Origin: Candidatus Levyibacteriota bacterium
Lineage (GTDB): Bacteria > Patescibacteriota > Microgenomatia > Levybacterales > UBA12049
DNA length: 64,000 nt
Assembly: GCA_003152105.1 (NCBI GenBank)
Contig: PLZJ01000002.1
Span: 753,713-817,712 of the forward strand
Direction of reading: 5' to 3'
Part shown: one piece after another, positions 19,633 to 28,768 of the stretch
How positions within the stretch are numbered: position 1 is the first letter of the stretch
How the letters are laid out: each line of letters begins with the position of its first letter
The notes under the pieces: generated by a model
Databases searched by the model: none
Told to the model about the DNA's origin: nothing
What the model saw: only the letters and a program-made list of their open reading frames with translations
Made by a program: the position numbers and the translations under genes

Positions 19633-20679
19633 CTATGCTTCAGCTAATTTATTCTTAAAATAATCTACCCAAGGATTTATCGCAGGGTTTTGATTATAAT
19701 ATAAGGCCAAATAGAGCGTAACATAACTTCCATAAAGTAACATTTCAAAAAAATCATCATACATTGATGCACCTGAGGTTTCGTATTCTTCAATCGTTCT
19801 TTTGTTTTGCTTAACCACTTCAGTTGTAAGTTTTACCCTTTTTTGTATTTTAGGAGAATAATTTGGAGAAAAAAAGGAGATAAATGCCAAAGGAGCTTCT
19901 GTTGGAAAAAGTAATCCCTCCATTAAATGGTGATTTAAATCTGGAATTAGATAGAAAGCAGAAAATGATTTACTTGTTTCATTAAATTGATTTCTAAATA
20001 TCTGCGCGTTTCCCGCTAAATGTTCCGCTGCAAAAATTACTGGAATTTTATTAATATATTTTTGGTAATCTTTTCGTGCATTTTCTCGAATTGAAAGTTG
20101 ATTCTGAGAAAGTCTTTTTAACGCATCTTCTAATTCTTGTTCTTCCAAAGAAAGTATTCCCGTCTTATCTATAAGTCCAAGCAATCCTAAAATAGTATAT
20201 CCCGCACCAAGTCTTGGAGTACCCGAAGGATTTAGTTTTCCATCAAAAATATATGCAGTGATATTATGTTTTTTCGCAAATTCTGCAAGTTCTCCTCCTT
20301 TTGTTAAAATTACCATTTTTGCTTGTTTTGACAATGCCTCTTCTGCACAAGATAATACCTCTTCAGTAGACCCTGAATAACTAGTTAGAACAACAAGCGT
20401 TTGATGATTAACATATTCAGGCAAGTGGTAATCTGAAATTACCTCAGAAGGATATTTCATAAATTTACCCTGTAAAGCTTTTAAAACTAAAGCCCCATAT
20501 ATTGAAGCTCCCATGCCACAAAAAACAATATTTTTAATATCTGAGAATTTATGCGTAACAGTGACTTCATTCACTTCTTTCCATGCTTGTTCTAATTGTT
20601 TTACTAAGTTTTCAGTTGAAAGAACGGTATTTTGAGGATCAATTTTTTGGAGTTCTTCTTTATTATCAAAATCTATCAT
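19633..20679 (-). CDS. bifunctional phosphoglucose/phosphomannose isomerase (SIS domain, archaeal-type)
   Basis: The SIS fold has VFCGMGASIYGA and SYSGSTEEV, matching the PGI/PMI signature SYSGNT.E. It is about 330 aa. Confidence 0.55.
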   Translation of the reverse strand: MIDFDNKEELQKIDPQNTVLSTENLVKQLEQAWKEVNEVTVTHKFSDIKNIVFCGMGASIYGALVLKALQGKFMKYPSEVISDYHLPEYVNHQTLVVLTSYSGSTEEVLSCAEEALSKQAKMVILTKGGELAEFAKKHNITAYIFDGKLNPSGTPRLGAGYTILGLLGLIDKTGILSLEEQELEDALKRLSQNQLSIRENARKDYQKYINKIPVIFAAEHLAGNAQIFRNQFNETSKSFSAFYLIPDLNHHLMEGLLFPTEAPLAFISFFSPNYSPKIQKRVKLTTEVVKQNKRTIEEYETSGASMYDDFFEMLLYGSYVTLYLALYYNQNPAINPWVDYFKNKLAEA

Positions 20680-20683
20680 TTAC

Positions 20684-21118
20684 TTATACTTCCTTTCGTT
20701 CTAATTTTCTTTGCGCTTCTGTTTCATCAGGACGATTAAAATCATCTTCCAATCGCATCGTTGTACCAATTTCTGGCGTAGACACTTCAACTATATCACA
20801 ATCCGTAACTGCAATATGTCTATGTTTTTGCCCTACGATTGTCGTATATCCTCTTCCTTTTTCCATATGTAATGTTATTAGATTTTTTTCTTTGTTTTCA
20901 ATAATAAGATCACACTCTCCATTTAACAACCAATATGATTCTTGTTTTTTATCATGAACTTGTAAAGATAGACGTGCGCCTTTGTTAATATGAAGAATTT
21001 TCCCCATATAAGGAAGTCCTTCTGGAACCCAATGAAGTTCATAACCCCAAGGTTTATCAATTTTTTTAACATATGAAGAGGTAGAAAACGTTGAAGAATC
21101 AAAGGTTGAAAAATCCAT
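20684..21118 (-). CDS. cupin domain protein (mannose-6-phosphate isomerase type II-like)
   Basis: KPWGYELHW...LSLQVHDKK.ESYWLLNGE has cupin His residues and is PMI/GMP C-terminal-like. Confidence 0.45.
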   Translation of the reverse strand: MDFSTFDSSTFSTSSYVKKIDKPWGYELHWVPEGLPYMGKILHINKGARLSLQVHDKKQESYWLLNGECDLIIENKEKNLITLHMEKGRGYTTIVGQKHRHIAVTDCDIVEVSTPEIGTTMRLEDDFNRPDETEAQRKLERKEV

Positions 21119-21124
21119 AAATAG

Positions 21125-22507
21125 TTATTTTGCCACGTTTGTAATCTGATCTTTTAAAATTTTTACTTTTTCATCTAGAACATTCTTATCTAATGCTTCA
21201 ACATTTAAACGAAGTAATGGTTCAGTGTTAGAAGTTCTCATATTAAATCTCCAGTTATTATAACTAATTGAAATACCATCAATTTCTGATAACTCACCAT
21301 CTTTGTAGATATTTTTTATTGTTTCAAGTATTTCGTTAGCATTTGTGACTTTAAAGTTAGTTTCACCTGACTCGAAAGATCTTCTCACTTCTTCGACAAG
21401 CTCAGACAACGTCTTACCTTCTTCACTCAATACTTTTAAGACAGTAAGTATTATAGGTAGTTGTGACTCAGCATTTCCTGTATCTCGAAAAAAATAGTGA
21501 CCTGAGGATTCTCCTGCAAAGATACCTCCAGAAGCATTTAATGCCTCAGTGATAAAAGCATGACCTACTTTTGTAATAAGCGACTTACCCTTATTTTCTT
21601 CCACAATTTTTGAAGGAGTTAAAATATATCTAATATCAAAAAGTATTGTTTCACCTGGATTGTTTTTTAAAAATTCACGTGCAACTAGTGCAGTTATCAT
21701 TGATGCTGATACTACTTGGCCCTTTTCGTCAATAAAAAATAATCTATCGCCATCTCCATCTGGAGCTAAACCAAGATCAGCTTTTTCCTCAATTACTCTG
21801 TTTTGCAAACTCTCTAAATTAGTAAAATCTAATGGATCTGGTTGATGAGCTGGAAAATTTCCGTCTAAGTCAAAATTCATTTTGATAAGTGTTGCTGATA
21901 CAGCGTTAAATAATGCTTCGATATATGTTGCTCCCATGGCATTTGCGGGATCTGCAACTATCTTAAAATTTTTAATTGTTGGGTTGTTTAGCATTTGTAA
22001 ACTACTTTTCACTTCATCTGGCAAAATATTATTTTTTGGCGTTAATAATCCTTTATATTTTGGAGTATAAGTTATAGTTTTTTGTGACATTTCCTTAATC
22101 ATATCCATACCAGTTGATTTGCCAATTTTAATTAGTCCTTTTGGACTATTTATTACAAACTTTAACCCATTCCACTGCGGAGGATTATGAGACGCAGTAA
22201 TTTGAATTCCACAATCATAATGGTAATGTGAAACAGTGTAGTAAAATGAAGGAGTTGATAATTTACCAGTATCTATAACTTCTGCACCAAGATCAACTAA
22301 TGTCTTTTTAGCTACAGCAAATAATGAATCTCCTGATAGCCTCATGTCATAACTTAACACGACCTTTAATTGCCTATCATTTGAAATTTTTTCAGTAAAG
22401 AAAACGTAGATTGCCTTTATAACTATTGCAATATTTTCTTCATTAATATCTGTTGGATAAATGCCACGAATATCGTATGCTTTAAAGATTTGTGAATTTA
22501 TTTGCAT
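21125..22507 (-). CDS. phosphoglucomutase/phosphomannomutase
   Basis: The active-site loop ITASHNPPQWNGLKF (TASHNP) and the metal-binding DGDGDR motif are both present. Confidence 0.85.
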   Translation of the reverse strand: MQINSQIFKAYDIRGIYPTDINEENIAIVIKAIYVFFTEKISNDRQLKVVLSYDMRLSGDSLFAVAKKTLVDLGAEVIDTGKLSTPSFYYTVSHYHYDCGIQITASHNPPQWNGLKFVINSPKGLIKIGKSTGMDMIKEMSQKTITYTPKYKGLLTPKNNILPDEVKSSLQMLNNPTIKNFKIVADPANAMGATYIEALFNAVSATLIKMNFDLDGNFPAHQPDPLDFTNLESLQNRVIEEKADLGLAPDGDGDRLFFIDEKGQVVSASMITALVAREFLKNNPGETILFDIRYILTPSKIVEENKGKSLITKVGHAFITEALNASGGIFAGESSGHYFFRDTGNAESQLPIILTVLKVLSEEGKTLSELVEEVRRSFESGETNFKVTNANEILETIKNIYKDGELSEIDGISISYNNWRFNMRTSNTEPLLRLNVEALDKNVLDEKVKILKDQITNVAK

Positions 22508-22516
22508 TTAGTAATC

Positions 22517-23212
22517 TTAGAACTCGAGCAAAAAAAAGTCAAGGCTCTCCAACAAAGGGAGGGGAAGATTGCCAGTCTTTTGAGCTACATCAAGCAAAAA
22601 TAATTTTGCATATACTTTTTTTAATAGGCTCTCTGAAAGATTTTGTGAAATTGTTTGAATTTTTTTTGTTTGCCAAGGTGCTAACCGTAATAATTCATCA
22701 ATTTTTTTGGCATCTTGCTGTTTAGAAGAAAGCAGAAGTCTCACTTGTCGAATTAGCATAAAAAATATAAATTCAACTTCACTATTTTGCATTGCTTTGT
22801 GAAAAAGCTTTATTCTATCATTAGTAGATGCTGAGAATAGTGAATCTATAAACGCAAAAATATCCATTGGTAAAGGATAATGTGTAACTTGTGCTCCTTT
22901 TATAAGTTTTAGCTGAACAGAAGTTAATTGTTTTCCTTCCCAGAAATTAACAGTTACAGATTTTGGAGCATTTGTTACGTAGCTTATAATATCTTTACTT
23001 TCACTACTTGTGGCTTTTTTCTTTGTAAAAAAATCATCTATAAAGACAGCAACACTCGAAGCAAATAAAGAACCACCTTCCATTAGTTGCTTTAATTCTG
23101 TAAGTGTTATTGTATCTGCTTGTAAAACATAAAAATTTTTAAATTGAGTCTTTAGACTATTGTAGTAAGCTCGAGATGCAACAATATCTTCTCCGTGAAT
23201 TATAGTAATCAT
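22517..23212 (-). CDS. hypothetical protein, possibly DNA polymerase III delta subunit-like (HolA-like, reduced)
   Basis: The N-terminus IIHGEDIVASRAYY and the C-terminus LAPWQTKKIQ...LLDVAQKTG loosely resemble delta-subunit motifs. The call is weak. Confidence 0.3.
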   Translation of the reverse strand: MITIIHGEDIVASRAYYNSLKTQFKNFYVLQADTITLTELKQLMEGGSLFASSVAVFIDDFFTKKKATSSESKDIISYVTNAPKSVTVNFWEGKQLTSVQLKLIKGAQVTHYPLPMDIFAFIDSLFSASTNDRIKLFHKAMQNSEVEFIFFMLIRQVRLLLSSKQQDAKKIDELLRLAPWQTKKIQTISQNLSESLLKKVYAKLFLLDVAQKTGNLPLPLLESLDFFLLEF

Positions 23213-23215
23213 ATA

Positions 23216-23617
23216 TTAGCCTTTTTGCTTTTTGTATTGTTTAAAGAGTTGATTCGCTAAGCTGCCTAAGTGCCTACTTCGTGTGTTGTGTGGAAGTAGT
23301 GCGCCTGAAAAATTTTTAGGAATATGAAGCAATTCATGTATAAGAACTTTTTGCTTTTCGTCACTTGTTAGTTTATCAAAATGTTTTGATAATACCTCAA
23401 TAACATATGCTGGTTCAATCTGTAGGGCGTGTTGAAATATCTTTGGAAATGACCAAATTCTTGCATAAGCTCTGGCCTTAGAACCATCTGTTCTATAACA
23501 ATATAGCTTTGTACTATCGATATAGGGAAGATCTATTACACCCAATATTTCAACAATATCATTTTTAACATCTTCAGCTTCGCTCCATTCGAGTTTAAGT
23601 GACTTCTTTTTAGGCAT
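23216..23617 (-). CDS. putative HExxH zinc metallopeptidase-like protein (SprT/DUF45-like)
   Basis: LIHELLHIPKNFSGALLPHN carries an HExxH...H arrangement in a 133-aa protein. Confidence 0.35.
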   Translation of the reverse strand: MPKKKSLKLEWSEAEDVKNDIVEILGVIDLPYIDSTKLYCYRTDGSKARAYARIWSFPKIFQHALQIEPAYVIEVLSKHFDKLTSDEKQKVLIHELLHIPKNFSGALLPHNTRSRHLGSLANQLFKQYKKQKG

Positions 23618-23620
23618 AAA

Positions 23621-24166
23621 TTAGGTATGTTTATCAGCTATATTCGAAGCACCATATGCAAAAGGTTTTGTTTTTGCAACATAACCACTTCCAGTTACCA
23701 TTCCAACTACTTCCTTAATCATAGATCTTGTTTCACCATGCTCGCCAACATCAATATGAATTTCCAAGTTATATTTTGGCATTTTCCCATTTAGCGATTT
23801 TTGCAGTATTGGCACAAATACTGAGGCAAATTCTAATGAAGTAGAAGTTTCTTCGTACACTTTTTGACGAAGTGTATGAATATCACTTGCAAACTTTCTT
23901 TTCCAAAAATATCTACCTCCATACCCACGTCTATAAACAACAAGTGCAGTTACTAGATGAATTTGTTTTTTTCCTGTTGATTGATGAATTCTTTCTTGAG
24001 AATCAGTTCCAATAACTAAGCTATATGTTGCACTTGGATCTTCTTCTAAAAATGATTTAATATGGGAAACAATATCACTTGTTAAAACCTTTCCGTGTGT
24101 TAAACTCTCGAACTCTTCTTCTATTATGTTAGTTGTTTTATTCATATTTATATATGCAATAGCCAT
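23621..24166 (-). CDS. YkuK-like RNase H-fold protein (DUF458)
   Basis: HIKSFLEEDPSATYSLVIGTDSQ resembles the YkuK family N-terminus (..IGTDSQ). Confidence 0.4.
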   Translation of the reverse strand: MAIAYINMNKTTNIIEEEFESLTHGKVLTSDIVSHIKSFLEEDPSATYSLVIGTDSQERIHQSTGKKQIHLVTALVVYRRGYGGRYFWKRKFASDIHTLRQKVYEETSTSLEFASVFVPILQKSLNGKMPKYNLEIHIDVGEHGETRSMIKEVVGMVTGSGYVAKTKPFAYGASNIADKHT

Positions 24167-25314
24167 TTTAACATTGTTTTAACATTTTTTGGAACAGTAA
24201 GGATAAGTGAATGGGAATTTTCATTGTTATTAAAGTTTTCAACTGGAAGACTACTTGCTTTTACTGATATGCCAAGTACTTCTTTTTTTCCTATTACAGG
24301 GTTCCCTTTAATTTTAATATAACTCTTTATTGTAGTATATACAGGAGTTGGATTGTGCGAACTGTCCATCAAAGACAAATCTGCAAACGGACTACCACTT
24401 CCTTGCAACAAAAAAGGAGTTATTGCAACAATACTTGGATCAGTCCATACAGAAGAAAACGCAGTTTGATAATAAGAAGAAATAGTTGCGTTACTAAGTA
24501 TTTTGTTTGACCATCCGGTTTCGGTTATAAAAATAGGAAGTTGCTTATTACTCATCTGCGCTGCTAATTGCTGCTCAAAGCGATAACTTGCAATACTTTC
24601 ACCATCTTGTTTTTGAGGAGAAGCTGAAAATGCAGGATTTGGATATGAATGACTAGCAATGCCATCAATTTGATTAAAAATACCAGGAACAGCATCGTTC
24701 ATAGCTTTCATATAATCAAATTCATCCATTGAGTCAGTCCCATTTGTAATTGCCGCGTTATCAAATCCAGCTGATATAATAAAAAAATCAGGATTTTTTG
24801 ACTTAAATACATTTACTGCGTAACTGAGAAGCGTTGCATATTCTCCAGGGTTTGGTGTTCCCCCCCATTCATCACCTCGATTAGGCTCATTAAAAATGAT
24901 TACATATCTATTTTTTGTAGGCCAGTTTAATGAATTTAAAAAGTTTGCAAAATCTTGAATATCCAAATAGGTAGGCTTTCTCCAAACAGTAGTGTTAAAA
25001 TAGTCATCATCTGTTGATATTCTAACAATTGGAATAATATGCATTTTAGCTGCATCATCCATGAATTTTTGCCAAATTACCAAATCTTTATTTCCAGCTT
25101 GAATTGGGATAGTTACGTACCCCCAATCTCCACCTGAAGAATTTACTAAATCGCTTGCTTGAGATATTTCAGTAGGAAAAAGTATATGTACACCAATCTT
25201 ATTATTTGGTTTATCCAAAGGATTTACTATAGCAAAACAATTACCAGTAAACAAAATAGTGCACAAAAAGAAAATGGTTAGAAATGTTAGTAATTTCATA
25301 GTGGTCTCAAACAA
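24148..25314 (-). CDS. secreted TIM-barrel glycoside hydrolase (GH5-like)
   Basis: A signal peptide MKLLTFLTIFFLCTILFTGNCFA is followed by a candidate acid/base FNEPN and a nucleophile ITETGW, about 130 aa apart as in GH5-clan enzymes. Confidence 0.45.
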   Translation of the reverse strand: MFETTMKLLTFLTIFFLCTILFTGNCFAIVNPLDKPNNKIGVHILFPTEISQASDLVNSSGGDWGYVTIPIQAGNKDLVIWQKFMDDAAKMHIIPIVRISTDDDYFNTTVWRKPTYLDIQDFANFLNSLNWPTKNRYVIIFNEPNRGDEWGGTPNPGEYATLLSYAVNVFKSKNPDFFIISAGFDNAAITNGTDSMDEFDYMKAMNDAVPGIFNQIDGIASHSYPNPAFSASPQKQDGESIASYRFEQQLAAQMSNKQLPIFITETGWSNKILSNATISSYYQTAFSSVWTDPSIVAITPFLLQGSGSPFADLSLMDSSHNPTPVYTTIKSYIKIKGNPVIGKKEVLGISVKASSLPVENFNNNENSHSLILTVPKNVKTMLKWLLHI

Positions 25315-26491
25315 CTATACCAAGTGTCTCAAGGCATGACTTAACAAGCGCAACATTTGTTAAAGACTCTGTAGTATTCGAGTCTGTTATGCGTGAACAA
25401 ATAGTTTTAATATATTCGAGCGCTAGAGGTAAGTTTAAGTCATTAAGTAAGATTTGGTCAAAATCATGTCTATTTATAGCAACAGCTTTTTTTGTACTAA
25501 ACTTAGAAAGAATAGATAGTATAGTATTAATTTCTAATGCAGCTTTTTCTAAATCTTCTTCCTGATAGGCAAATTCGTTTCTATACTTTTTACTAAGCAA
25601 ATACCATCGTAGTTGATTGCCAGTATATTTTTGTAATACATCTTTAATCAATATTAAATTTCCCAAAGATTTTGACATTTTATCTCCTTTATACATAACC
25701 ATTGCAGTATGCATCCAGACATTTACAAAAGGTGCATTATTCGTATAAGCTTCAGATTGAGCAATTTCACTTTCATGATGGGGAAATAGCAAGTCTCTAC
25801 CTCCTCCATGAATATCAATTTGATTTCCTAAATACTGTAATATAATTGCACTGCATTCTATATGCCATCCAGGCCTGCCTGGTCCGTATCTGCTTGGCCA
25901 ACTTGGTTCATTATGTTGGGATTTAAACCATAATACAAAATCAAGAGGATGTTTTTTGTTTAGATCTTGAGTATTATTTCCTCTTTCTTTTGAAAGCAAT
26001 AATAATTCCCTGTCTGAAAAATGATCTAAGATTCCATATACCTTGTGTTTTTGAGTATCAAAATAAACGAATCCGTTTTTTTCATAAGCGTAATTTGTTT
26101 CAACTAATTTTCCTATAATTTCGAGAATTTTTGGCATAACGTGAGTTGCCTTAATAAAGTCGTTTGGTCTTTGTACGTTTAACTCATCCATGTATTGCAA
26201 ATAATCATTTGTCCAATAAGTTGCTACTTCTTGCCACGTTTTATGTGTTTCATTTGCTTGTTTAATCACATCATCGCTATCATTAATGTCGGTTACGTTT
26301 TGTACATATTTTACGTTGTAGTCTAAATAACGTAAAAACCTAATTAAGACATCAAACGATACATAGGTAAATGCATGACCTAAATGAGCAGCATTATTTG
26401 GCGTAATACCACAAACATACATTGTTATACTTTTTTTACTTTGTGGCAAAAATTCTTCTACACTTCTAGTTCTTGCGTTATATAATTTCAT
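25307..26491 (-). CDS. cysS: cysteinyl-tRNA synthetase
   Basis: It reads MKLYNARTRSVEEF...MYVCGITPNNAAHLGHAFTYVSFDVLIRFLR with HIGH and KMSKS (KMSKSLGN) motifs. I chose the ATG at 26491, aligned to the E. coli N-terminus, rather than the track's TTG at 26509. Confidence 0.85.
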   Translation of the reverse strand: MKLYNARTRSVEEFLPQSKKSITMYVCGITPNNAAHLGHAFTYVSFDVLIRFLRYLDYNVKYVQNVTDINDSDDVIKQANETHKTWQEVATYWTNDYLQYMDELNVQRPNDFIKATHVMPKILEIIGKLVETNYAYEKNGFVYFDTQKHKVYGILDHFSDRELLLLSKERGNNTQDLNKKHPLDFVLWFKSQHNEPSWPSRYGPGRPGWHIECSAIILQYLGNQIDIHGGGRDLLFPHHESEIAQSEAYTNNAPFVNVWMHTAMVMYKGDKMSKSLGNLILIKDVLQKYTGNQLRWYLLSKKYRNEFAYQEEDLEKAALEINTILSILSKFSTKKAVAINRHDFDQILLNDLNLPLALEYIKTICSRITDSNTTESLTNVALVKSCLETLGIVV

Positions 26492-26783
26492 CAACATATT
26501 GTATAACAAATTGTAAAATTAGTGTAATTTATGCTTTAAAACTCATCATTGACTCTTACAACAATTTGTATTACGTTATCTAGGTGAGACCAATTGAAAG
26601 AAGGATAATGTCTGAATTAACAAGACGACGAGGAGAAATTTTTTTTCAATCTACTCGAAGCATACAATATACTTATGAAGAAGTTCCAGAAGAAACTACA
26701 ACGCAAACTGAGCCTTCGAGAAATGTTCAGTTGCAACTACCTAATTTTAACCAGGAGTTATACGATCAAAATAATACCTTAAG

Positions 26784-26856
26784 TGACCCCAACGGGAGTC
26801 GAACCCGTGTTGCCGGGATGAAAGCCCGGCGTCCTAGGCCACTAGACGATGGGGCC
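26784..26856 (-). tRNA. tRNA-Glu (anticodon TTC)
   Basis: The reverse complement reads GGCCCCATCGTCTAGTGGCCTAGGACGCCGGGCTTTCATCCCGGCAACACGGGTTCGACTCCCGTTGGGGTCA. It forms a clean cloverleaf with anticodon loop CTTTCAT. Confidence 0.8.
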
Positions 26857-26900
26857 GCACTAGAACAAGTCTTGTAATTATACAGTAAATGCTAAGCGTA

Positions 26901-26931
26901 AACAATAAAACCACCCTAAAAGTTAGGGTGG
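26901..26931 (-). terminator. Rho-independent terminator after the membrane-protein gene (minus strand)
   Basis: The hairpin CCACCCTAA-aag-TTAGGGTGG (26911-26931) is followed on the minus strand by TTTTATTGTT. Confidence 0.5.
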
Positions 26932-26945
26932 AAATAGAAGCCTAT

Positions 26946-27683
26946 CTATTTTTTAGATGATCTCTGACCTGCTGTTTTATTCTCAGACTTAGTATGTAGC
27001 GTGGTATCACTTATATTTTTCTTTAAATTATCTAATAGCTCTGAAGCAGTTCTTTGACCACCAAGACCAAAAGCTATTCCTCCAGCAATCGCTATCATTG
27101 CTACAAATCCTTGAAATAATATTTTTATCAGATCTGAAGCTACATTTAATTGAGTTAAAACAACTAGTATGGTAAATATATTTACTGCATACTGCGTTGA
27201 TACTGCAAGCATTCGAGATGTATTACTAGATACTTCTTGCGTTGAAGCAAGCACAATATCATAGGCAAGTTTACCAAAAACGAATCCGACCAAACCGATA
27301 ATCACTGCAATAAACACATTTGGTAAATATAATAAAAACGAACGAAGGATAGTATCAACTTGTGATAAGCCCCATACTTCAGCTGTTGGCATCAAAAAGA
27401 CTATTATAATAAACCAACGGGATATTTCAGCTAAGATATTTGTCCAAGTAAGTTCACTTCTTGCTTGAGGAACATTATATCTTCGAAGAAATTTTTCAAT
27501 ATTTAATGCTTTTAATACGCCGACTATTATTTGCTTAACAATTGATGCAATGATAATACCGATTAGAAGAATAACTATTCCTGCGATAAAACGTGGAATA
27601 AATGTAACTAAAGCAAATAGGGCATTATTAAGAGAAGCTAGCAATATTTGTCCAATATTAGGTAAGTTAGTAGATGAGTACAT
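26946..27683 (-). CDS. membrane protein with repeated conserved-TM-helix segments (MscS-associated 'TM_helix'-like)
   Basis: Four to five TM helices carry repeating ...L.n....AlvtfiPrfiagivillIG... patterns, and the C-terminus is basic. Confidence 0.4.
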   Translation of the reverse strand: MYSSTNLPNIGQILLASLNNALFALVTFIPRFIAGIVILLIGIIIASIVKQIIVGVLKALNIEKFLRRYNVPQARSELTWTNILAEISRWFIIIVFLMPTAEVWGLSQVDTILRSFLLYLPNVFIAVIIGLVGFVFGKLAYDIVLASTQEVSSNTSRMLAVSTQYAVNIFTILVVLTQLNVASDLIKILFQGFVAMIAIAGGIAFGLGGQRTASELLDNLKKNISDTTLHTKSENKTAGQRSSKK

Positions 27684-27770
27684 TTAATTGTCACCTCCTT
27701 TCATACAAAGATACATTTGGACTGAATTTAAAGGCAGTTTCTACTGTAGTGTAAATAATATCTGTGCGTA

Positions 27771-27799
27771 TTGTCAATAGGAAGAATGATTGTTATAAT
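27771..27799 (+). promoter_or_regulatory. promoter for tRNA-Lys(TTT)
   Basis: TTGTCA at 27771-27776, a 17-nt spacer and an extended -10 TGtTATAAT (-10 at 27794-27799) lie 15 nt before the tRNA. Confidence 0.45.
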
Positions 27800-27814
27800 T
27801 GTCATACGTTTTAT

Positions 27815-27886
27815 GGGCCGTTAGCTCAGCGGTAGAGCAGGAGCCTTTTAAGCTCTTGGTCGCAGGTTCGAATCCCGCACGGCTCA
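27815..27886 (+). tRNA. tRNA-Lys (anticodon TTT)
   Basis: GGGCCGTTAGCTCAGCGGTAGAGCAGGAGCCTTTTAAGCTCTTGGTCGCAGGTTCGAATCCCGCACGGCTCA has anticodon loop CTTTTAA. The T-stem has one A-C mismatch. Confidence 0.75.
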
Positions 27887-27977
27887 CATGAAAGTACAGA
27901 TTATTTTGTAGTTAATAAAGTTATTTATCTAAACTTAGTAGAAGCTATAAATAATGTGGTATTTTAAAAAATAGAAG

Positions 27978-28103
27978 TTACTGTTTTCTTTTGTGTTTAC
28001 TTTCTTTTAATTTAAGCATTTCCTTTTTAGCTTCTCTTCTTTTTTGAGTTTTGCGTGGATGTGATTTTTTCTTACTGCCAACTCCTGTATTTCTTTTTGC
28101 CAT
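27978..28103 (-). CDS. small highly basic protein (41 aa), possibly a ribosomal-type or nucleic-acid-binding protein
   Basis: This ORF is not in the supplied track because it is under 60 aa. Hand translation gives MAKRNTGVGSKKKSHPRKTQKRREAKKEMLKLKESKHKRKQ. It lies in the same orientation, immediately downstream of the pilin/PgeF genes. Confidence 0.35.
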   Translation of the reverse strand: MAKRNTGVGSKKKSHPRKTQKRREAKKEMLKLKESKHKRKQ

Positions 28104-28176
28104 ATTATAATTATACACTAATTTAGTTAATCTTGAAATCCTATAAATTTAATAGATTTCAATACATAAAAATAAA

Positions 28177-28743
28177 TTAATTAGGACTCATAATTAAATA
28201 ACCACCGATTCCGGTTGGTCCTAAATAATTGCCGCACACTCGTAACGCAGATGGATTAGCGTCTGGACATATGGCTCCAGGAGTAGGTTGTGTTTCTAAA
28301 CATGCTTTTAAACAGTAATGTGGATAATACGTATTTGAACCAATTACTATTGCTGGTCCATAACCAATATATTGATAAATATTATAATTGGTATTTAGTG
28401 GATCACATGGCATAGTTTGTAAATACACTATTCCATTTGCATCATGAAAACTGTTTCCAGTTCCACAATTATCAATATAAAAAAAACCACCTGATCCACT
28501 TTCATTAAAGTTACTCGCGCTAGGATATCCTTTATTTTGAGATCGAAATTCTTCCAGGGCATACTGAATTTTTGCTAAATCAGCTTTTCTTTGAGCATCT
28601 CTACCTTTTTCTAGTAAATATGGTGGGTTAATAATTACAATTGTGAACGTAGCTAAAATTCCAAGAATTGCGATTACAATAATAACTTCAACTAACGTAA
28701 ATCCAAGTTCTAATTTATTGTTAAAAAAATTTCCTGTTTTCAT
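28177..28743 (-). CDS. type IV pilin-like protein (prepilin N-terminal cleavage/methylation domain)
   Basis: The leader MKTGNFFNNKLELG is followed by the FTLVEVIIVIAILGILA class III signal, and the globular part is Cys-rich. Confidence 0.7.
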   Translation of the reverse strand: MKTGNFFNNKLELGFTLVEVIIVIAILGILATFTIVIINPPYLLEKGRDAQRKADLAKIQYALEEFRSQNKGYPSASNFNESGSGGFFYIDNCGTGNSFHDANGIVYLQTMPCDPLNTNYNIYQYIGYGPAIVIGSNTYYPHYCLKACLETQPTPGAICPDANPSALRVCGNYLGPTGIGGYLIMSPN

Positions 28744-28768
28744 TTCTTAGTTTACTATGAACTATTTT

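Noticed and set aside
26700-26783. Possible T-box riboswitch for cysS ('aattagg' stretch)
   Set aside because: Only a 7-nt partial match to the T-box consensus was found. It lies at the 5' end of the leader, directly after the tRNA, rather than in a 3' antiterminator position. No specifier-loop or Stem I features were recognised.
26584-26877. 97-aa + strand ORF in the track
   Set aside because: It runs straight through tRNA-Glu (26784-26856, minus strand) and has no protein-like features. It is a chance ORF in a non-coding spacer.
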